A DNA stretch of 64,000 nucleotides from Bordetella parapertussis (lineage in GTDB: Bacteria > Pseudomonadota > Gammaproteobacteria > Burkholderiales > SG8-41), in contig CAMATZ010000002.1 in the NCBI GenBank assembly GCA_945861275.1, positions 10,300 to 74,299 of the forward strand. The letters run 5' to 3'. The position numbers and the translations under genes were made by a program. This document shows positions 63,093 through 64,000 of the stretch, piece after piece; position 1 is the first letter of the stretch; every line of letters begins with the position of its first letter. The notes below the pieces were generated by a model. The model ran no database searches, was not told the origin of the DNA, and saw only the letters and a program-made list of their open reading frames with translations.

Positions 63093-64000
63093 CCGGAGAA
63101 TACTGCTGACCTGAAAACCTGGCGCAAGCGCTGGTCTGACGCCTTCGAGTTCCGTCCTCGGCAGGTGATCAATACATCCGAAGAACTTGCACTGCGGCTC
63201 GCCGAACTGGCCAAGCGTATCCGTGGCCGTGTGCTGCTCGTGCTCAAGCACGAAAGCGAAAAGGGCGCGTTACGCAAGTTGATGAAGGGTTTCAGGACTG
63301 CGCTGATCCACGATCTTGACGCGGATCAGTTCGCCGACATGTATGCGCAGACGATCACTTATGGGCTTTTCTCGGCTGCGGTTTCCCGCACAGTGCCGGG
63401 CGCCGGGACTGCTGTGGTGCAGGAAAACGTGGCCGACATGGTCCCGGTTACCAATCCTTTCCTCAAGGAAATGCTCGAAACTTTCCTCAGGGCCGGTGGC
63501 CGCAAAGGTAAGCTGGATTTCGATGAGCTTGGCATTCAGGATGTCGTCGAACTGCTCAATGACACGAACACTCGCCTCGATGCCGTGCTGCGGGACTTCG
63601 GCAACAAGACCCGGCAGGAAGATCCCGTTATCCATTTCTACGAGCACTTCCTGGCTGTCTACGACAAGAAACTCAAGGTGCAGCGCGGCGTTTTCTATAC
63701 GCCGTTACCGGTCGTTTCCTACATCGTCCGCAGCGTGCATGAACTTCTGCAAACGGAGTTTGGCCTTGAGGACGGTCTTGCCTCAACCGTTACATGGGGC
63801 GAAATGGCGCTCGGATTCCCTCCCCCGCTTGCGGGGGAGGGCAAGGGTGGGGGTATCCGAATCCCCGATGGAACTGGCCCTGACGAACCTTTTGTGCAGA
63901 TTCTCGACATCGCCACCGGCACCGGCACGTTCTTCATCACAGTGATCGAGGTTATTTTCCAGCACCTCAAGGCAAAGTTCGCGAAAGGCGGCATCGCCGC
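63093..64000 (+). CDS. Eco57I/PglX-like N6-adenine DNA methyltransferase, central part (3' end outside window; 5' end separated from the previous ORF only by TAG)
   Basis: Stop-free frame from 63093 to the window end. DQFADMYAQTITYGLFSA, DPVIHFYEHFLAVYD, RGVFYTPLPVVSYIV and SAM motif I ILDIATGTGTFF are present. The first in-frame restart candidates are GTG 63165 and ATG 63282. Confidence 0.78.
63818..63854. repeat. REP hairpin core of the same family, in-frame inside the methyltransferase CDS
   Basis: CCCTCCCCCGCTTGCGGGGGAGGGCAAGGGTGGGGGT closely parallels CCCTCGCCCCGCTTGCGGGGAGAGGGTGGGGGT (reverse complement of 47752-47784) and 39291-39323. It translates as PPPLAGEGKGGG. Confidence 0.8.

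Noticed and set aside
62466-63251. 261-aa minus-strand ORF spanning the helicase end, the MTase N-module and the amber site
   Set aside because: It is antisense to two plus-strand ORFs that have recognisable family sequence. I see no motif in it.
1-64000. Search for tRNA, rRNA, CRISPR arrays, transposases, integrases or prophage genes
   Set aside because: I saw no cloverleaf-like or rRNA-like sequence, no regularly spaced direct repeats and no DDE or tyrosine-recombinase-like ORFs. The low-GC segments therefore lack identifiable mobility genes within the window.

Overview
This is a gene-dense, high-GC bacterial chromosome segment (by eye about 60-65% GC, with lower-GC islands). I found no rRNA, tRNA, CRISPR array, transposase or integrase. 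Seven Bug/TctC-type solute-binding paralogues suggest a Betaproteobacteria/Burkholderiales-like host; that is inference only. Four blocks are visible. (1) 1-28.8 kb is a large surface-glycan locus. It has a CDP-hexose branch (rfbF', rfbG, a TylCIII-type C-methyltransferase, an RmlC-type epimerase), two to three glycosyltransferases, a Wzx flippase and an MBOAT acyltransferase with a partner protein. It carries six methyltransferases in total. A 13-gene plus-strand operon (16.2-28.8 kb) looks like a self-contained modified-heptose line: GmhA, GmhB, transaldolase, split transketolase, a reversed-order nucleotidyltransferase/kinase fusion, five SDRs/oxidoreductases, a sugar dehydrogenase, a methyltransferase and a Nudix protein. 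(2) 28.8-36.8 kb is a minus-strand string: LLM oxidoreductase, Bug SBP, fbiC, npdG, cofE, cofD, cofC and a dienelactone hydrolase. This is a complete deazaflavin F420 biosynthesis and recycling set next to a likely F420-dependent enzyme. (3) 36.9-59.3 kb is a patchwork of orphan catabolic genes: amidohydrolase_2, a CaiB CoA-transferase, two paralogous enoyl-CoA hydratases, a MetE-like protein, an SMP-30 lactonase, a YdiJ-like FAD/Fe-S oxidoreductase coupled to a permease-less double ABC ATPase, and a serine-glyoxylate-type aminotransferase. Bug SBP genes are interspersed, and there are no TctA/TctB genes and no transcription factor in the window. (4) 59.4-64.0 kb is an AT-richer defence-like module. 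A PLD-SNF2 helicase fusion is followed by a large Eco57I/PglX-type N6-adenine methyltransferase. That methyltransferase frame is broken by a single in-frame TAG and runs off the window. A GC-rich REP/MITE family (core CCCTCNCCCC-loop-GGGGNGAGGG..GTGGGGGT) occurs at least four times. Two copies sit in-frame inside coding sequences. All calls come from reading the sequence and ORF translations against remembered family motifs. No searches or computations were run.
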